A stretch of DNA of 64,000 nucleotides from an uncultured delta proteobacterium (GCA_963796055.1 CAWCKH010000004.1:3552001-3616000), one strand, 5' to 3'; positions 19,827 through 31,921 are shown, counted from the first letter of the stretch. The notes: generated by a model from the sequence alone, not told the origin. Made by a program: numbers and translations.

Positions 19827-20435
19827 TCAGAGCTCCACGGGCTTGCGGGCGGGTGACTTCGCAGCCTGGTTCGGAGCCGGCTGGGGCACGAGCGGCGCCG
19901 GCGTGGTCTCCGCGCTGCCGCTCCCTCCGACCCCGGGCCCGGGATCGGCGGGCTCGTTACCGAGGGCATCGATCTCCGCCCGGGTGATCCCGCCCTCCGC
20001 CATCACCTGACGGGTGGTGTACACCGGCACCTTTGCCGCCAGGGCCATCGCCACCGCGTCGGACGGGCGGGCCTCGATGACCAGCTGGCGATTCGCCTGC
20101 TGGATGAAGACGTGGCTCGAGTAGAAGTGGTCCTTGAGCCCATCGATGCGCACCTCGGTCAGCTTCCCGCCGAGGGTGGGGACGATCCGGTCGAGCAGGT
20201 CGTGCGCCAGCGGGTGAGGGGTGGGCCGACCCATCAACCGGAAGGCGATGGCCACCGCCGCGGTCTCGTCCACGAACAGCGGCAGCACCGTGCCATCCTC
20301 CCTGGAGACCAGCACCACCGCATGCTGCTTCAGCTCCTTGAGCGGGACGACGTCCTTGACCTCCATCCGCACCAGCGGAGAGGGGACCGGGTCGGCGGAG
20401 AGCAGCAGGGGCAACAGGAGCAGGGCGGGGCGCAC
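19827..20435 (-). CDS. Bifunctional nuclease (DUF151) family protein with signal peptide
   Basis: VLPLFVD...AVAIAFRL...PLAHDLL...IEARPSDAVAMAL. Confidence 0.85.
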   Translation of the reverse strand: MRPALLLLPLLLSADPVPSPLVRMEVKDVVPLKELKQHAVVLVSREDGTVLPLFVDETAAVAIAFRLMGRPTPHPLAHDLLDRIVPTLGGKLTEVRIDGLKDHFYSSHVFIQQANRQLVIEARPSDAVAMALAAKVPVYTTRQVMAEGGITRAEIDALGNEPADPGPGVGGSGSAETTPAPLVPQPAPNQAAKSPARKPVEL

Positions 20436-20506
20436 CCCCGGACGCTCCTCATGCGACCGGTGTTCCGCCAGTCAATCGAACGGTGGGCGACAGTCCGGGG
20501 TGTCCG

Positions 20507-20872
20507 CTACTTCTCGTCGTCCTCGTCCTCGAGGTCCTCGTCGTCCTCGTCGAGGTCCTCGTCGTCGTCGTCGTCGTCCTCGTCGACGTCCTCGTCGTCC
20601 TCGTCGTCTTCCTCGTCTTCGTCTTCGTCCTCGTCGGCGTCGAGCTCGGCCAGGTCCTCGCTCTCCAGGGTGGTGGAGACGGTGAACCGCTTGCTCAGCG
20701 CCGCCACCTGCGCCCGCATCTCGGTGAGCGCGGCGACGAAGTCATCGACCGCGGCCGCCGGTGCGCGGGTGTTGCAGTGCGGGCACTCGAGCTTCTCGCT
20801 CCCGTCGACGAGATCCTGGGCGTCGATCTCGAAGGTGCCCTCGCACTTCTGGCAGGTGAAGTCGAGCGTCAT
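20507..20872 (-). CDS. Zinc-ribbon protein with highly acidic C-terminal tail
   Basis: CQKC and CPHC pairs, then ~45 almost pure Asp/Glu residues; follows gltA. Confidence 0.75.
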   Translation of the reverse strand: MTLDFTCQKCEGTFEIDAQDLVDGSEKLECPHCNTRAPAAAVDDFVAALTEMRAQVAALSKRFTVSTTLESEDLAELDADEDEDEDEEDDEDDEDVDEDDDDDDEDLDEDDEDLEDEDDEK

Positions 20873-20882
20873 GGTCCTGTGG

Positions 20883-22175
20883 TCAGCGCTTGTCGAACGG
20901 GACGTAGTCCCGGCGCTTGTGGCCCGTGTAGATCTGGCGCGGGCGGGCGATCTTCTGCTCGGGGTCGAGCACCATCTCCTCCCACTGGGCGGCCCAGCCG
21001 ACCGTGCGGGGGATGGCGAACAGCACGGTGAAGAAATCGCTGGGGAAGCCCAGGGCCTCGTAGATCAACCCGGAGTAGAAGTCGACGTTGGGGTACAGCT
21101 TCCGCTTCACGAAGTAGTCGTCCTGAAGCGCGATGCGCTCCAGCTCCAGCGCGATGTCCAGGAGCGGGTTCTTCCCGGTGACCTCGAAGACCTCGTCGGC
21201 GACCCGCTTGATGACCTTCGCCCGCGGGTCGTAGCTCTTGTAGACCCGGTGCCCGAAGCCCATCAGCCGGGTCTCGCCGTCGCCCTCCTTCACCTCCTTG
21301 ATGAACTCGGGGACCTTGCTCAGGTCGCCGATGCTCTTGAGCATCCGGAGCACCGCCTCGTTCGCTCCCCCGTGTAGCGGGCCGTAGAGGGCGTTGATGC
21401 CCGCGGCCACCGCCGAGAACGGGTCCACCTGGCTGCTGCCCACCAGCCGGACCGCGGTGGTGCTGCAGTTTTGCTCGTGGTCGGCGTGGAGGATGAACAG
21501 CACCTCCAGCGCGTGCTCCAATACGGGATTGACCTTGTAGGTGTCGGTGCCGATCTTCTTGATCATCGCCAGGAAGTTCCCGACGAAGCTCAGGTCGTTG
21601 TTCGGGTAGACGTAGGGCAGCCCCATCGAGTGGCGGAAGCTGAAGGCAGCGATGGTCGGCATCTTGGCGACCATCCGGATCTGCTGGATCCGGCGGTTCG
21701 TCGCGTCCTTGATGTTCTTCGCCTCCGGGTAGAACGAGGAGAGCGCGGACACGGTCGCCGCCAGCATCGACATCGGGTGGGCGTTGTAGCGGAACCCGTC
21801 CAGGTACTCCGTGATGTTCTCGTGGACGTACGTGTGGTGGGTGACCGTGTAGACGAAATCGTCGAGCTGCTTCCGGGTCGGCAGCTCGCCGTTCAGGAGC
21901 AGGTAGGCGACCTCGAGGTAGCTGGACTTCTCCGCCAGCTGCTCGATGGGGTACCCGCGGTACTCGAGGATGCCCTTGTCGCCGTCGATGAAGGTGATGG
22001 CGCTGCGGCAGTTGGCGGTGTTGAGGAACGCCGGGTCGTAGCCCATGAGCCCGAAGTCGTGGTCATCGAGGCGGATCTGCCGGAGATCCGCCGTCTTGAT
22101 GCACCCGTCCTTGATCGGAATCTCGTAGGACTTCCCGGTGCGGTTGTCGGTGATGCTCAGCGTGTCTTTGGCCAT
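20883..22175 (-). CDS. gltA: Citrate synthase
   Basis: [37 protein letters not shown]; alternative start at 22190. Confidence 0.97.
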   Translation of the reverse strand: MAKDTLSITDNRTGKSYEIPIKDGCIKTADLRQIRLDDHDFGLMGYDPAFLNTANCRSAITFIDGDKGILEYRGYPIEQLAEKSSYLEVAYLLLNGELPTRKQLDDFVYTVTHHTYVHENITEYLDGFRYNAHPMSMLAATVSALSSFYPEAKNIKDATNRRIQQIRMVAKMPTIAAFSFRHSMGLPYVYPNNDLSFVGNFLAMIKKIGTDTYKVNPVLEHALEVLFILHADHEQNCSTTAVRLVGSSQVDPFSAVAAGINALYGPLHGGANEAVLRMLKSIGDLSKVPEFIKEVKEGDGETRLMGFGHRVYKSYDPRAKVIKRVADEVFEVTGKNPLLDIALELERIALQDDYFVKRKLYPNVDFYSGLIYEALGFPSDFFTVLFAIPRTVGWAAQWEEMVLDPEQKIARPRQIYTGHKRRDYVPFDKR

Positions 22176-22310
22176 GGCGTAAGGCGTCATTTCACCCTGG
22201 AGAGGCTCGATTCAACCAAAAAGAGTACGCCCTTGTTCCAGGTTGCGGACCCGTTGTCGCGTCCCGTATACCCCCCGACCGTCAGGGGGAATTCCACCCC
22301 GGAGGACGCC

Positions 22311-23612
22311 ATGAGCAACCCCGTTCCCGCAGGTGAGCGAATCACGTTGTCCGGGGGAACACTGTCCGTCCCGGACCGGCCGATCCTCCCCTTCATCGAG
22401 GGTGACGGGACGGGGCGCGACATCTGGCGCGCCTCGCAGGCGGTGTTCGACGCGGCGGTGGCGAAGGCCTACGGCGGCAAGCGGAGCATCGCCTGGATGG
22501 AGGTGCTCGCCGGCGAGAAGGCGTTCAAGCAGACCAAGAACTGGCTCCCCGACGAGACGATCGAGGCGTTCCGCACCTACCTGGTGGGGATCAAGGGGCC
22601 GCTGACCACGCCGGTGGGCGGCGGGATCCGCAGCCTCAACGTGGCGCTGCGCCAGCTGCTCGACCTGTACGTCTGCCTCCGCCCGGTGCGCTACTTCAAG
22701 GGCGTCCCGAGCCCGGTGAAGGCTCCGGAGAAGGTGGACATGGTCATCTTCCGGGAGAACACCGAGGACATCTACGCGGGCATCGAGTTCGAGGCCGGCT
22801 CCGAGTCGGCCACGGCGTTCCTCGCCATGTTCCGCGAGCACTTCCCCAAGGAGTTCAAGAAGATTCGCTTCCCCCAGGAGTGCGGGATCGGCATCAAGGC
22901 CGTGTCGCGCGAGGGGAGCGAACGGCTGATTCGCGCCGCCATCCGCTACGCCCTGGAGCACAAGCGCAAGAGCGTCACCTTCGTGCACAAGGGCAACATC
23001 ATGAAGTTCACCGAGGGCGCGTTCCGAGGCTGGGGCTACGCCCTCGCCGAGCGCGAGTTCGGGGCGAAGGTCTACACCTGGGAGCAGTGGGAGGAGACCA
23101 AGGCCAAGAAGGGCGAGGACGCGGCCAACGTCGAGCAGAAGGCGGCGCTCGCCTCGGGGAAGCTCCTGGTCAAGGACGCCATCGCCGACATCACGCTTCA
23201 ACAAGTCCTCACCCGGCCCGACGAGTTCGACGTCATCGCCACCCTGAACCTCAACGGCGACTACCTGAGCGACGCCCTGGCCGCGCAGGTGGGCGGTATC
23301 GGGATCGCCCCGGGCGGGAACATCAATTACGTGACGGGGCACGCGGTGTTCGAGGCGACGCACGGCACCGCGCCCAAGTATGCGGACCTGGACAAGGTGA
23401 ACCCGGGGAGCGTGATCCTCTCCGGCGACATGATGTTCCGGCACCTCGGGTGGAACGAGGCGGCGGACCTGATCGTCAAGGGGATGAACGGCGCCATCGC
23501 GGCGCGCACCGTCACCTACGACTTCGCCCGGCAGATGAAGGGCGACGGGCAGGGTGAGGTGAAGGAACTGAAGTGCTCGGAGTTCGGCCAGGCCATCATC
23601 CGGCACATGTGA
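22311..23612 (+). CDS. icd: NADP-dependent isocitrate dehydrogenase
   Basis: [52 protein letters not shown]. Confidence 0.97.
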   Translation: MSNPVPAGERITLSGGTLSVPDRPILPFIEGDGTGRDIWRASQAVFDAAVAKAYGGKRSIAWMEVLAGEKAFKQTKNWLPDETIEAFRTYLVGIKGPLTTPVGGGIRSLNVALRQLLDLYVCLRPVRYFKGVPSPVKAPEKVDMVIFRENTEDIYAGIEFEAGSESATAFLAMFREHFPKEFKKIRFPQECGIGIKAVSREGSERLIRAAIRYALEHKRKSVTFVHKGNIMKFTEGAFRGWGYALAEREFGAKVYTWEQWEETKAKKGEDAANVEQKAALASGKLLVKDAIADITLQQVLTRPDEFDVIATLNLNGDYLSDALAAQVGGIGIAPGGNINYVTGHAVFEATHGTAPKYADLDKVNPGSVILSGDMMFRHLGWNEAADLIVKGMNGAIAARTVTYDFARQMKGDGQGEVKELKCSEFGQAIIRHM

Positions 23613-23629
23613 CGAGGGGCAGGGAAACC

Positions 23630-24568
23630 ATGGGCGGCAAGCGGAAGATCGGACTCATCGGCGGCGGACAGATCGGCGGAAATCTCGCATTGCTCTCCGT
23701 GCAGAAGCAGCTCGGGGACGTGGTGCTCTACGACATCCCCGCCGCCGAGGGGCTGGTGAAGGGGAAGGCGCTGGACATCAACCAGCTGGCGGCGGTCGAC
23801 GGGTACGACTGCCGGGTCACCGGCACCACCGAGTGGAAGGACGTGGCCGGCAGCGACGTGCTGATCATCACCGCCGGCATGCCCCGGAAGCCGGGGATGA
23901 CCCGCGAGGACCTGCTGGAGGTCAATCTCAAGATCATGAAGGACGTGGCGAGCAACGTGAAGGCTCACTGCCCGAACGCCTTCGTGATCAACGTGGCCAA
24001 CCCCCTGGACGCGATGGTGTACGCGCTGTTCAAGATCACCGGCTTCAAGAAGCACCAGGTGATCGGCATGGCAGGGGTGCTGGACACCGCGCGGTTCAAG
24101 TTCTTCGTCGCCGAGGCGCTGAACGTCTCCATCCGGGACATCGAGGCGCTGGTGCTCGGCGGTCACGGCGATGACATGGTGCCGCTGCTCCGCTCCGCGA
24201 CGGTGGGCGGCGTGCCCTTGACCCAGATGCTCCCCAAGGAGAAGCTCGACCCCATCGTCGACCGGACCCGGAAGGGCGGGGGAGAGCTCGTGGCGCTCTA
24301 CAAGACCGGCTCGGCGTACTTCGGCCCGGCGGCCTCGGCCATCGCCATGGCGGAGAGCTACGTGTTCGACCGGAAGCGGGTGCTCCCGGCGGCCGCGCTG
24401 CTCGAGGGCCAGTACGGGATCAACGGCTTCTTCATGGGCGTGCCGGTGCAGATCGGGGCCGGTGGGGTGGAGAAGATCATCGAGGTGGAGCTGAGCGAGG
24501 CGGAGAAGGCCGAGCTGCAGAAGTCGTTCGCCTCGGTGAAGAAGACCGTGGACGAGGTGAAGCTGTAG
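23630..24568 (+). CDS. mdh: Malate dehydrogenase (LDH-like)
   Basis: [29 protein letters not shown]. Confidence 0.96.
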   Translation: MGGKRKIGLIGGGQIGGNLALLSVQKQLGDVVLYDIPAAEGLVKGKALDINQLAAVDGYDCRVTGTTEWKDVAGSDVLIITAGMPRKPGMTREDLLEVNLKIMKDVASNVKAHCPNAFVINVANPLDAMVYALFKITGFKKHQVIGMAGVLDTARFKFFVAEALNVSIRDIEALVLGGHGDDMVPLLRSATVGGVPLTQMLPKEKLDPIVDRTRKGGGELVALYKTGSAYFGPAASAIAMAESYVFDRKRVLPAAALLEGQYGINGFFMGVPVQIGAGGVEKIIEVELSEAEKAELQKSFASVKKTVDEVKL

Positions 24569-24795
24569 AGGTTGGTGTCGGGCGGTGGGGGCATCCGGCA
24601 CGCACCGTCCGGGCGCATTCCTCGTTGCGTGGGGGTGCCTCGAGGGAGTCCGGGCCTGCGGGTACGGAGCCGGCGGCAGACCGGCGGGCCTGCGCGATTT
24701 CGGAGCGCTCCGGAGAGGCACAAGCCCGCCCCACCCGGCTCGGCGTGCGTCGCCGGTGGACGCGAGCCCATGTGCGTGGCAGCCCGCGCCCCGAA

Positions 24796-24885
24796 GCCCC
24801 TCCAGCCCGGCCGTCCGGTTCGGTATGTGGAAGAGCTCACCACATACAGAACCGGTCGCGGACGCGCGACGCGCCAGGAGGGCTC
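24796..24885. repeat. Long inverted repeat in the mdh-sdhC intergenic region
   Basis: CCGGTTCGGTATGTGG (24815-24830) pairs with CCACATACAGAACCGG (24840-24855) with one mismatch; outer arms CCCTCC/GGAGGG. Confidence 0.65.
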
Positions 24886-25126
24886 CCCGGGCAGTCCATG
24901 CGCCTGGGCGTGCTCCGTTGAAACCCGCCGGGCCGGGAGACCAGGCCAGTGGCGTGCCGGGCACACCGCCCCCGTCACCGGGCCGCCGACCCCCGATTCT
25001 CCTTGCCTCCGCACCCCCTGGCGCTGGAAGACAGGGCGACTCCTGTCCACCATGAAAGCCCCTGATTTTCCGGGAACTCCCCCGATGGTCACGTCCCGCC
25101 CCGGGAGGTAATCAGGAGACTCACCC

Positions 25127-25351
25127 ATGGCCGACGCTGCCACCACCGCCGATGCCGTCCGCACGGGCATTGGCACCCCGGACGACCATTCGTTCCTCTG
25201 GCGCCGGCTCCACTCCCTCTCGGGCGTGCTGCCGCTCGGCGCCTTCCTCTGCTACCACGTGTTCGAGAACCTCTCGGCGCTGCGCGGCGCGCTCCTGTCG
25301 GTGGCAACCTTGAGCGTCCTCTTCCAGATGCGCTTCGGCGCCGTCGGCTGA
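25127..25351 (+). pseudogene. sdhC: Succinate dehydrogenase cytochrome b558 subunit, internally deleted (74 aa)
   Basis: N-terminus FLWRRLHSLSGVLPLGAFLCYH is Bacillus-type SdhC helix 1 and jumps in frame to a terminal hydrophobic stretch; AGGAG RBS. Confidence 0.8.
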
Positions 25352-25365
25352 TTGCAGGGGGTCAC

Positions 25366-27237
25366 ATGGCGGAACCTCGATTCACGGTGGTTGGCGGCGG
25401 GCTGGCGGGGCTGATGACGGTCGTCAAGCTCTGCGAGGCCGGCCACAAGGTGGACCTCCTCTCCTTCGTCCCGGTGAAGCGCTCGCACTCGGTCTGCGCC
25501 CAGGGCGGCATCAATGGCGCGGTGAACACCAAGGGCGAGGGTGACCACCCGGACATCCACGTCCGGGACACGCTCCGCGGCGGCGACTTCCTGGCCGAGC
25601 AGACCAGCGTGAAGGGCATGTGCTACGCCGCGCCGGGCATCATCTACCTGCTCGACCGGATGGGCGTCCCGTTCAACCGGACCCCCGAGGGGCTGCTCGA
25701 CTTCCGCCGCTTCGGCGGCACCCTGCACCACCGGACCGCGTTCGCCGGCGCCACCACCGGGCAGCAGCTGCTCTACGCGCTCGACGAGCAGGTCCGCCGC
25801 TTCGAGGCGGACGGCCTGGTGGACAAGTACGAGTACTGGGAGTGGCTGGGTACGGTGAAGGACGACTCCGGGCGGGTGGTGGGCAGCGTGGCCATGGACC
25901 TGCGGACGATGGAGATCCGCGCGCTCCCGGCGGAGGCGGTGATGCTCGCCACCGGCGGCCCGGGCATCGTCTTCGGCCGCTCGACCAATTCGATCATCAA
26001 CACCGGCACCGCCGCCGGCCGCGCCTACCTCGAGGGGGCAATCTACGCCAACGGCGAGTTCATCCAGGTGCACCCCACGTCCATCCCCGGCGAGGACAAG
26101 CTGCGGCTGATGTCGGAGTCGGTCCGCGGCGAGGGCGGCCGGGTCTGGGTGCCGAAGAAGAAGGGTGACACCCGCGATCCCCTCTCCATCCCCGAGGAGG
26201 AGCGCTGGTACTTCCTCGAGGAGAAGTACCCCAAGTACGGGAACCTGGTTCCCCGCGACGTCGCCACCCGGGAGATCTTCCACGTCTGCCGCGAGCTGGG
26301 CATGGGCATCGGCGGGCGGGACGGGGTGTACCTCGACGTCACCCACATTCCGCCCTCGGTCCTCGACGCGAAGATCAAGGGAGTGATGGAGATCTACGAG
26401 AAGTTCGTGGGTGACGACCCGCGCCGCCATCCCATGGTCATCTTCCCGGGAATGCACTACTCGATGGGCGGCCTGTACGTGACCTTCGAGCCCGGGCCGA
26501 ACCTCGAGCCGCTCGCCGGCAGCCCGAAGAACCAGGCCACCAACATCCCCGGCCTCTTCGCGTCGGGCGAGGCGGAATACGCCTACCACGGCGCGAACCG
26601 GCTCGGTGCCAACTCGCTGCTCTCCTGCATCTACGGGGGAATGATCGGCGGTCCGGCGATGGTGAGCTACGCCAAGAACAGCCCCCGGAGCTCCACTGCG
26701 CTGCCCTCCAAGGTCTTCGAGGACGCGAAGAAGGAGTGGACCGAGCGCTTCGCCGGCATCGACCGGATGAGCGGGACCGAGAACCCGTATGTGCTGGCCC
26801 GGGAGCTGGGCGAGGTGATGACCGAGAACGTCACCGTGGTCCGGCGCAACGACCGGCTCCGGAAGACGCTGGAGAAGCTGGAGGAGCTGAAGGATCGCTG
26901 GAAGCGGATCAACGTCCTTGACCACGGGCACAGCAGCAACCGCCCGCTGAGCTTCGTCAACCAGCTGTGGAACATGTTCGCCCTGGGCGAGGTGATCACC
27001 AAATCCGCGCTGCTCCGCGACGAGTCGCGCGGGGCGCACTACAAGCCCGAGTTCCAGCTCCCCGAGCCCAAGACCAAGGACCCGACCCAGGACCCGGACT
27101 GGATGCGGGCCTGGAAGGAGCGCCACCAGAGGTGGGCCAAGACCACCATCGCCCGGTGGACGCCGCAGGGCTCGGACATCACCTACGAGGCCATCCCCAC
27201 GCCGGTGCTCGACCCCGAGCCGCGCTGGTACGCCTGA
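25366..27237 (+). CDS. sdhA: Succinate dehydrogenase flavoprotein subunit
   Basis: GGGLAGL, RSHSVCAQGG, QVHPT, HYSMGG, HGANRLGANSL. Confidence 0.97.
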   Translation: MAEPRFTVVGGGLAGLMTVVKLCEAGHKVDLLSFVPVKRSHSVCAQGGINGAVNTKGEGDHPDIHVRDTLRGGDFLAEQTSVKGMCYAAPGIIYLLDRMGVPFNRTPEGLLDFRRFGGTLHHRTAFAGATTGQQLLYALDEQVRRFEADGLVDKYEYWEWLGTVKDDSGRVVGSVAMDLRTMEIRALPAEAVMLATGGPGIVFGRSTNSIINTGTAAGRAYLEGAIYANGEFIQVHPTSIPGEDKLRLMSESVRGEGGRVWVPKKKGDTRDPLSIPEEERWYFLEEKYPKYGNLVPRDVATREIFHVCRELGMGIGGRDGVYLDVTHIPPSVLDAKIKGVMEIYEKFVGDDPRRHPMVIFPGMHYSMGGLYVTFEPGPNLEPLAGSPKNQATNIPGLFASGEAEYAYHGANRLGANSLLSCIYGGMIGGPAMVSYAKNSPRSSTALPSKVFEDAKKEWTERFAGIDRMSGTENPYVLARELGEVMTENVTVVRRNDRLRKTLEKLEELKDRWKRINVLDHGHSSNRPLSFVNQLWNMFALGEVITKSALLRDESRGAHYKPEFQLPEPKTKDPTQDPDWMRAWKERHQRWAKTTIARWTPQGSDITYEAIPTPVLDPEPRWYA

Positions 27238-27252
27238 GGACCCGAGAACGCC

Positions 27253-28086
27253 ATGGACGAAGCCACACAGGCTGGACGGACCACCCAGAGCCGGGTCGAG
27301 GCGGGGGAGAAGTGGATCACCTTCCGCATCTGGCGGCAGGAGAGCGCGAGCAAGCCGGGCGGCTTCGAGGAGTTCCGCGTTCCCTACCGGAAGGGCGCCA
27401 ACGTCATCTCCTGCCTCATGGAGATCCAGCGCAACCCGGTGAACGCCGCCGGCCAGGCGACCACCCCGGTGACCTGGGATGCCGCCTGCCTGGAGGAGGT
27501 CTGCGGCAGCTGCGCGATGAACATCAACGGGCGGGTGCGGATGGCCTGCTCGGCGCTGGTGGACAAGCTGGAGTGGCCCATCACCCTCGAGCCGATGCGC
27601 AAGTTCCCGATGGTGCGGGACCTCGCCGTCGACCGGAGCCGGATGTTCGAGTCGCTGAAGAAGGTGAAGGCCTGGATCGAGCTCGACGGGACGCACAATC
27701 TCGGTCCGGGTCCGCGGCAGAGCCAGAGCGAGCAGGCCCAGCGCTACGTGCTCTCCACCTGCATCACGTGCGGGAGCTGCCTCGAGGCCTGTCCCCAGAT
27801 CACCCAGGACAACGACTTCATGGGCGCTGCCCCCATCAGCCAGGTGCGGCTCTTCAACCTGCACCCCACCGGGGCGATGCACGCCGAGGACCGCCTCCAC
27901 GGACTGATGGGTCCGGGTGGAATCCAGGACTGCGGCAAGGCGCAGAACTGCGTCCAGGTCTGCCCGAAGGAGATCCCGCTCACCACCTCCATCGCGGCGA
28001 TGAACCGAGAGGTCACGAAGCTGGTGGTCAAGGACCTGTTTCTCAAGGACGAGGAGAGCGAGACTCCCGCCGGCGGCCCGGCCTGA
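27253..28086 (+). CDS. sdhB: Succinate dehydrogenase iron-sulfur subunit
   Basis: [33 protein letters not shown]. Confidence 0.96.
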   Translation: MDEATQAGRTTQSRVEAGEKWITFRIWRQESASKPGGFEEFRVPYRKGANVISCLMEIQRNPVNAAGQATTPVTWDAACLEEVCGSCAMNINGRVRMACSALVDKLEWPITLEPMRKFPMVRDLAVDRSRMFESLKKVKAWIELDGTHNLGPGPRQSQSEQAQRYVLSTCITCGSCLEACPQITQDNDFMGAAPISQVRLFNLHPTGAMHAEDRLHGLMGPGGIQDCGKAQNCVQVCPKEIPLTTSIAAMNREVTKLVVKDLFLKDEESETPAGGPA

Positions 28087-28102
28087 GCTCACCCTCGCTG
28101 CT

Positions 28103-30721
28103 TCACCGGGCGCGCCGCACCTCCCGGCCATCGAAGGCGAGGTCGGCCGCTGCGCTGCACGGGACCGAGTGCGCTCCCCACACCAGCTCGAAGGTGTGGT
28201 CCGCCATCCACGTCCCGAGCGGGCTGCAGTTGGCGACCACCCGCGGCGCGTCGGCGGTGAAGACCGGGCGCTCCCCGGCGTAGAGCCAGTAGAGGGGGTC
28301 CTGGTCCGCGTGCTTCGGCACCGGGAAGAACACCCAGGCGACGGCCACCGCCGCGGCGATGAGCACGCGTTCCGGTCGGAGCCAGCGCATGACCCGTTCT
28401 CCGAGCAGGCCTGCCCCCAGCGCCCCGAGCACCCAGGCGCACCCGGCCATCGCCGCGTGCACGTACCAGGGGTTCTTCTGGATCGGCACCGAGAAGCCCA
28501 CCACCACGACGCCCAGCAGCAACGCCCCGAGTACCAGCAGCCGCTGGTCGCCCTGCGCGGCACGCCGCCACCATCCGGGCCAGAGCGCCAGAGGAGCGAC
28601 CAGCAGGACGGGAAGGTACCAGCGGCCGAGCACGCCCAGGAAGTACAGCGAATCGTGCACCGGTCGCCCGCGCCCTTGGAGGGCAGAGGGGAGCAGCTGG
28701 TCGTGGAGGTACCGCGGGAGGAACGCCGGCTCGCCCACACCGGCGCGCCACAGCTCCAGCGCGCCGAATCCCGCCGCCACCACTGCCAGGGCCGAGCCGG
28801 CGGCCAGTGCCGTCCACCGCGCGGGGAGTCGCTGGCGCCAGGCCACCCAGGCCAGCACGGCGAAGGTCGCCAGCGCCGGTGGGCCCTTCACCCAGGCGGC
28901 GAAGGCGGTACCGCCGACGAAGAGCAACCAGCCCGTCCGCGGGGTCTCCCGGAGGAGCCCGGCCCCGACCACGGCGACCGCCAGCCCGAGGGCGAGCGGC
29001 GTCTCGAGCATCGGGTTCTGCGACTCGGAGAGAAACCCCGGGAGGCTGCACAGTCCCACGAGGGCGAGGCCTCCGGTGGTGGGCCCGCCGAACCGGCACG
29101 CCCCGAGGCCGATGACCGCGACCAGCAGCGTCCCGAGCAGCTGCGCCCATCTCCACGCCGAGGCCGGCCCTGGTCCCACGGCGCGCATCCAGGCCGCCTC
29201 CAGCCAGAACCCGAGCGGAGGGTGCTCGTCGAAGCGGGCGCCGTCGAGCCGGGGGCTCGCCCACTGCACGACCGGCACTGCCGCCAGACCCTCGGCGAGC
29301 CGCGCATAGCAGGCTGCATCGGTCCCGCGGAGGATCGCCGGCCCGGGCCGCACCCAGACGGTCCCCAGCGCGAGCAGCACCGCCGCCGCCAGGAATGCCC
29401 AGGAACGCCCGGGGAAGGCCGGCCGCGTCGGGCGATCGAGGCCGGACGGACGCGGCGGCTCCATGCCCACCGGCACCGCTGGTGCGCGCCAGAGCCCCGT
29501 CCGGCGCGCCGTCACCACCACTGCGCAGCCGGCAATCACCAGACCGAGGAGCGCGTGGTACCGCATCCGCAGCAGCAGGTGGAAGCCCCGGTCCCCGAGC
29601 ACGTCCCAGTTCAGCGCCACGGCGGTGAACGCCAGCACCCAGCCGCACAGGCGCCGCACACGGGCCCGCACCGGATCGGCTCCGGGATGGCGGGCGAAGA
29701 CCAGAGTCAGCGCAGGGAGCAGGGCCAGGAGGTTCGTCCTCCATCCCAGCGGAGAGAGCAGCGCGGTCCCGTGAAGGACCAGCGCCAGCGCCAGGGCATC
29801 CGCCCCGGGAGGGTGATGGCGCGCCACGGCCCGGACAGACGCCGCCGCGGCGGCGACCAGCCCCGTGGCCAGCAGCGCTGCGCTGGCGGCAAAGACGGGG
29901 GACCCGGGCGCCACACCGCTGTAGGTGCACACCAGCGCGGCGACGCTCTGGTTCTGCGGGTCACAGAGCCCACCGGGCGTGGTGGCCGTCAGCAGCTGCA
30001 CCCACGCCTCGGTCTGGTGGAGCGCCTCGGTTGGGCCCAGCGCCAGTCCCAGCACGCCGAAGGCGGCGGCGATGCCCAGGAGGAACCCGTCGGCACGGCG
30101 CGCCTCCCCGCGCCAGACCACCAGCAGGCCCAGGAGGAGGAACGGCGGCTTCACCAGGCAGGCCAGCGCCCAGAGCATGCCCGAGCGGAGCGGTGCGGTC
30201 TTCCGGCGGTGCTCGCTCTCCGCGACGAGCCAGAGGAGCAGCGCATCGCACTGCCCGAGGGCGAAGAGGTGGGCGATGAGCGGGAACACCGCGAGCAGCA
30301 GCAGCGCCTCCCCCCGGGCATCGGCGCCCGCGCCCAGCGCGCGGTGGCTCCAGCGCACCACCCGGAGAATCGCCAGAGCGGAGACCACCAGCCATGCCAG
30401 GTATCCGATCCGCTCCGGCAGCCAGCCCAGGGGGACGAGCGGAAGCGCCACGGGCGGGGCGTACTTGAAGGGCATCAGCCCATCGGACGCCTGGTAGGGG
30501 CTCACGCCGTGCCAGAGGCGCCAGCCCGCGAGCCGGAAGACGTCGAAGTCGCTGCCTGCCTTGAGCAGCCAGGCATGGGCGACGAGGCCGAAGAGCAGCA
30601 GGACGGCGGCCGCCCGCCACCCGCCGTCGGAAGCCGAGACCGGGACCGAACCCGGAAACGTCCCCGCGGGGTGCCGCGGTGCGTTTCCCCCTTGCCTCGC
30701 CCCGGTTTCTGCGTGAGACAT
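28103..30721 (-). CDS. Fused GT-C glycosyltransferases: GT87/DUF2029 domain + ArnT/GT39-like domain
   Basis: N-terminal half [25 protein letters not shown]-terminal half [22 protein letters not shown]. No stop between halves; start uncertain. Confidence 0.7.
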   Translation of the reverse strand: MSHAETGARQGGNAPRHPAGTFPGSVPVSASDGGWRAAAVLLLFGLVAHAWLLKAGSDFDVFRLAGWRLWHGVSPYQASDGLMPFKYAPPVALPLVPLGWLPERIGYLAWLVVSALAILRVVRWSHRALGAGADARGEALLLLAVFPLIAHLFALGQCDALLLWLVAESEHRRKTAPLRSGMLWALACLVKPPFLLLGLLVVWRGEARRADGFLLGIAAAFGVLGLALGPTEALHQTEAWVQLLTATTPGGLCDPQNQSVAALVCTYSGVAPGSPVFAASAALLATGLVAAAAASVRAVARHHPPGADALALALVLHGTALLSPLGWRTNLLALLPALTLVFARHPGADPVRARVRRLCGWVLAFTAVALNWDVLGDRGFHLLLRMRYHALLGLVIAGCAVVVTARRTGLWRAPAVPVGMEPPRPSGLDRPTRPAFPGRSWAFLAAAVLLALGTVWVRPGPAILRGTDAACYARLAEGLAAVPVVQWASPRLDGARFDEHPPLGFWLEAAWMRAVGPGPASAWRWAQLLGTLLVAVIGLGACRFGGPTTGGLALVGLCSLPGFLSESQNPMLETPLALGLAVAVVGAGLLRETPRTGWLLFVGGTAFAAWVKGPPALATFAVLAWVAWRQRLPARWTALAAGSALAVVAAGFGALELWRAGVGEPAFLPRYLHDQLLPSALQGRGRPVHDSLYFLGVLGRWYLPVLLVAPLALWPGWWRRAAQGDQRLLVLGALLLGVVVVGFSVPIQKNPWYVHAAMAGCAWVLGALGAGLLGERVMRWLRPERVLIAAAVAVAWVFFPVPKHADQDPLYWLYAGERPVFTADAPRVVANCSPLGTWMADHTFELVWGAHSVPCSAAADLAFDGREVRRAR

Positions 30722-30745
30722 GCGCGCCCCCCGGGCGAACATCCC

Positions 30746-31921
30746 ATGAAGATCCACGAGTATCAGGGCAAAGAGCTGTTCCGGAAATACGGGGTGCCCA
30801 CCCCACGCGGCGTCCTGGCCACTACTCCCGAGGAGGCCGAGAAGGCCGCGACTTCCCTGGGGACCCCGGTGGTGGTGGTGAAAGCGCAGATCCACGCCGG
30901 CGGGCGGGGCAAGGGGGGCGGGGTGAAGCTCGCCCGGAGCCCGGCCGAGGCGAAGGCGCTCGCCACCCAGCTGCTGGGGATGATGCTCAAGACCCACCAG
31001 ACCGGCCCCGAGGGGCAGAAGGTCAACAAGGTCTACGTCGAGGAGGGGCTCCCCATCGAGCGGGAGTTCTACCTGGGCATGACCCTCGACCGTGCCACCT
31101 CGCGCCTGTCGCTCATGGCCTCGAGCGAGGGTGGGGTGGAGATCGAGGAGGTCGCCGCCAAGCACCCCGAGAAGATCCTCGTCGAGTCGATCGACCCGGT
31201 GGTGGGGCTGGCAGACTACCAGGCCCGGAAGCTCGCCTTCGGCCTGGGTCTGAAGGGCGACAGCGTCGGCAAGTTCGTGGTGTTCGCCCGGGCCCTCTAC
31301 CGCTGCTACCTCGAGACCGACGCCTCGCTGGCGGAGGTCAATCCCCTGGTGCTCCTCAAGGACGGCTCGGTGGTGGCGCTCGACGCCAAGCTGAACTTCG
31401 ACGACAACGCCCTCTACCGGCACAAGGACCTGGTCGCCTACCGCGACGTCGCGGAGGAGGACCCGATCGAGGCCCAGGCCAAGGAGTTCGACCTGGCCTA
31501 CATCTCGCTCGACGGCAACATCGGCTGCATGGTGAACGGCGCCGGCCTGGCGATGGCGACGATGGACACCATCAAGCTGGTGGGCGGGCAGCCGGCGAAC
31601 TTCCTCGACGTGGGCGGCGGGGCGAGCAAGGAGAAGGTGACCGCGGCGTTCAAGCTCATCCTCAGCTCGCCGGCGGTGAAGGCGGTGCTGATCAACATCT
31701 TCGGCGGGATCATGAAGTGCGACGTCATCGCCGAGGGCGTGGTGGCCGCCGCCCGCGAGGTGCACTTGAAGATCCCCCTGGTGGTCCGCCTCGAGGGCAC
31801 CAACGTGGAGCAGGGCAAGGAGATCCTCCGGCACTCCGCGCTGGCGATCATCGCGGCCGACAACCTTCGCCAGGCGGCGGAGAAGGCCGTGGCCGCGGTC
31901 CGGGGAGAGAAGGTGTCATGA
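30746..31921 (+). CDS. sucC: Succinyl-CoA synthetase beta subunit
   Basis: [37 protein letters not shown]. Confidence 0.97.
   Translation: MKIHEYQGKELFRKYGVPTPRGVLATTPEEAEKAATSLGTPVVVVKAQIHAGGRGKGGGVKLARSPAEAKALATQLLGMMLKTHQTGPEGQKVNKVYVEEGLPIEREFYLGMTLDRATSRLSLMASSEGGVEIEEVAAKHPEKILVESIDPVVGLADYQARKLAFGLGLKGDSVGKFVVFARALYRCYLETDASLAEVNPLVLLKDGSVVALDAKLNFDDNALYRHKDLVAYRDVAEEDPIEAQAKEFDLAYISLDGNIGCMVNGAGLAMATMDTIKLVGGQPANFLDVGGGASKEKVTAAFKLILSSPAVKAVLINIFGGIMKCDVIAEGVVAAAREVHLKIPLVVRLEGTNVEQGKEILRHSALAIIAADNLRQAAEKAVAAVRGEKVS

Noticed and set aside
20112..21377. Poly-Ser ORF on the plus strand
   Set aside because: Antisense reading of the Asp/Glu codon run of 20507..20872 and of gltA.
30722..31834. 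N-terminal extension of the minus-strand GT ORF, and the 28169 start for sucC
   Set aside because: Both extensions are antisense shadows of the neighbouring gene; real starts are ~30721 (-) and 30746 (+).
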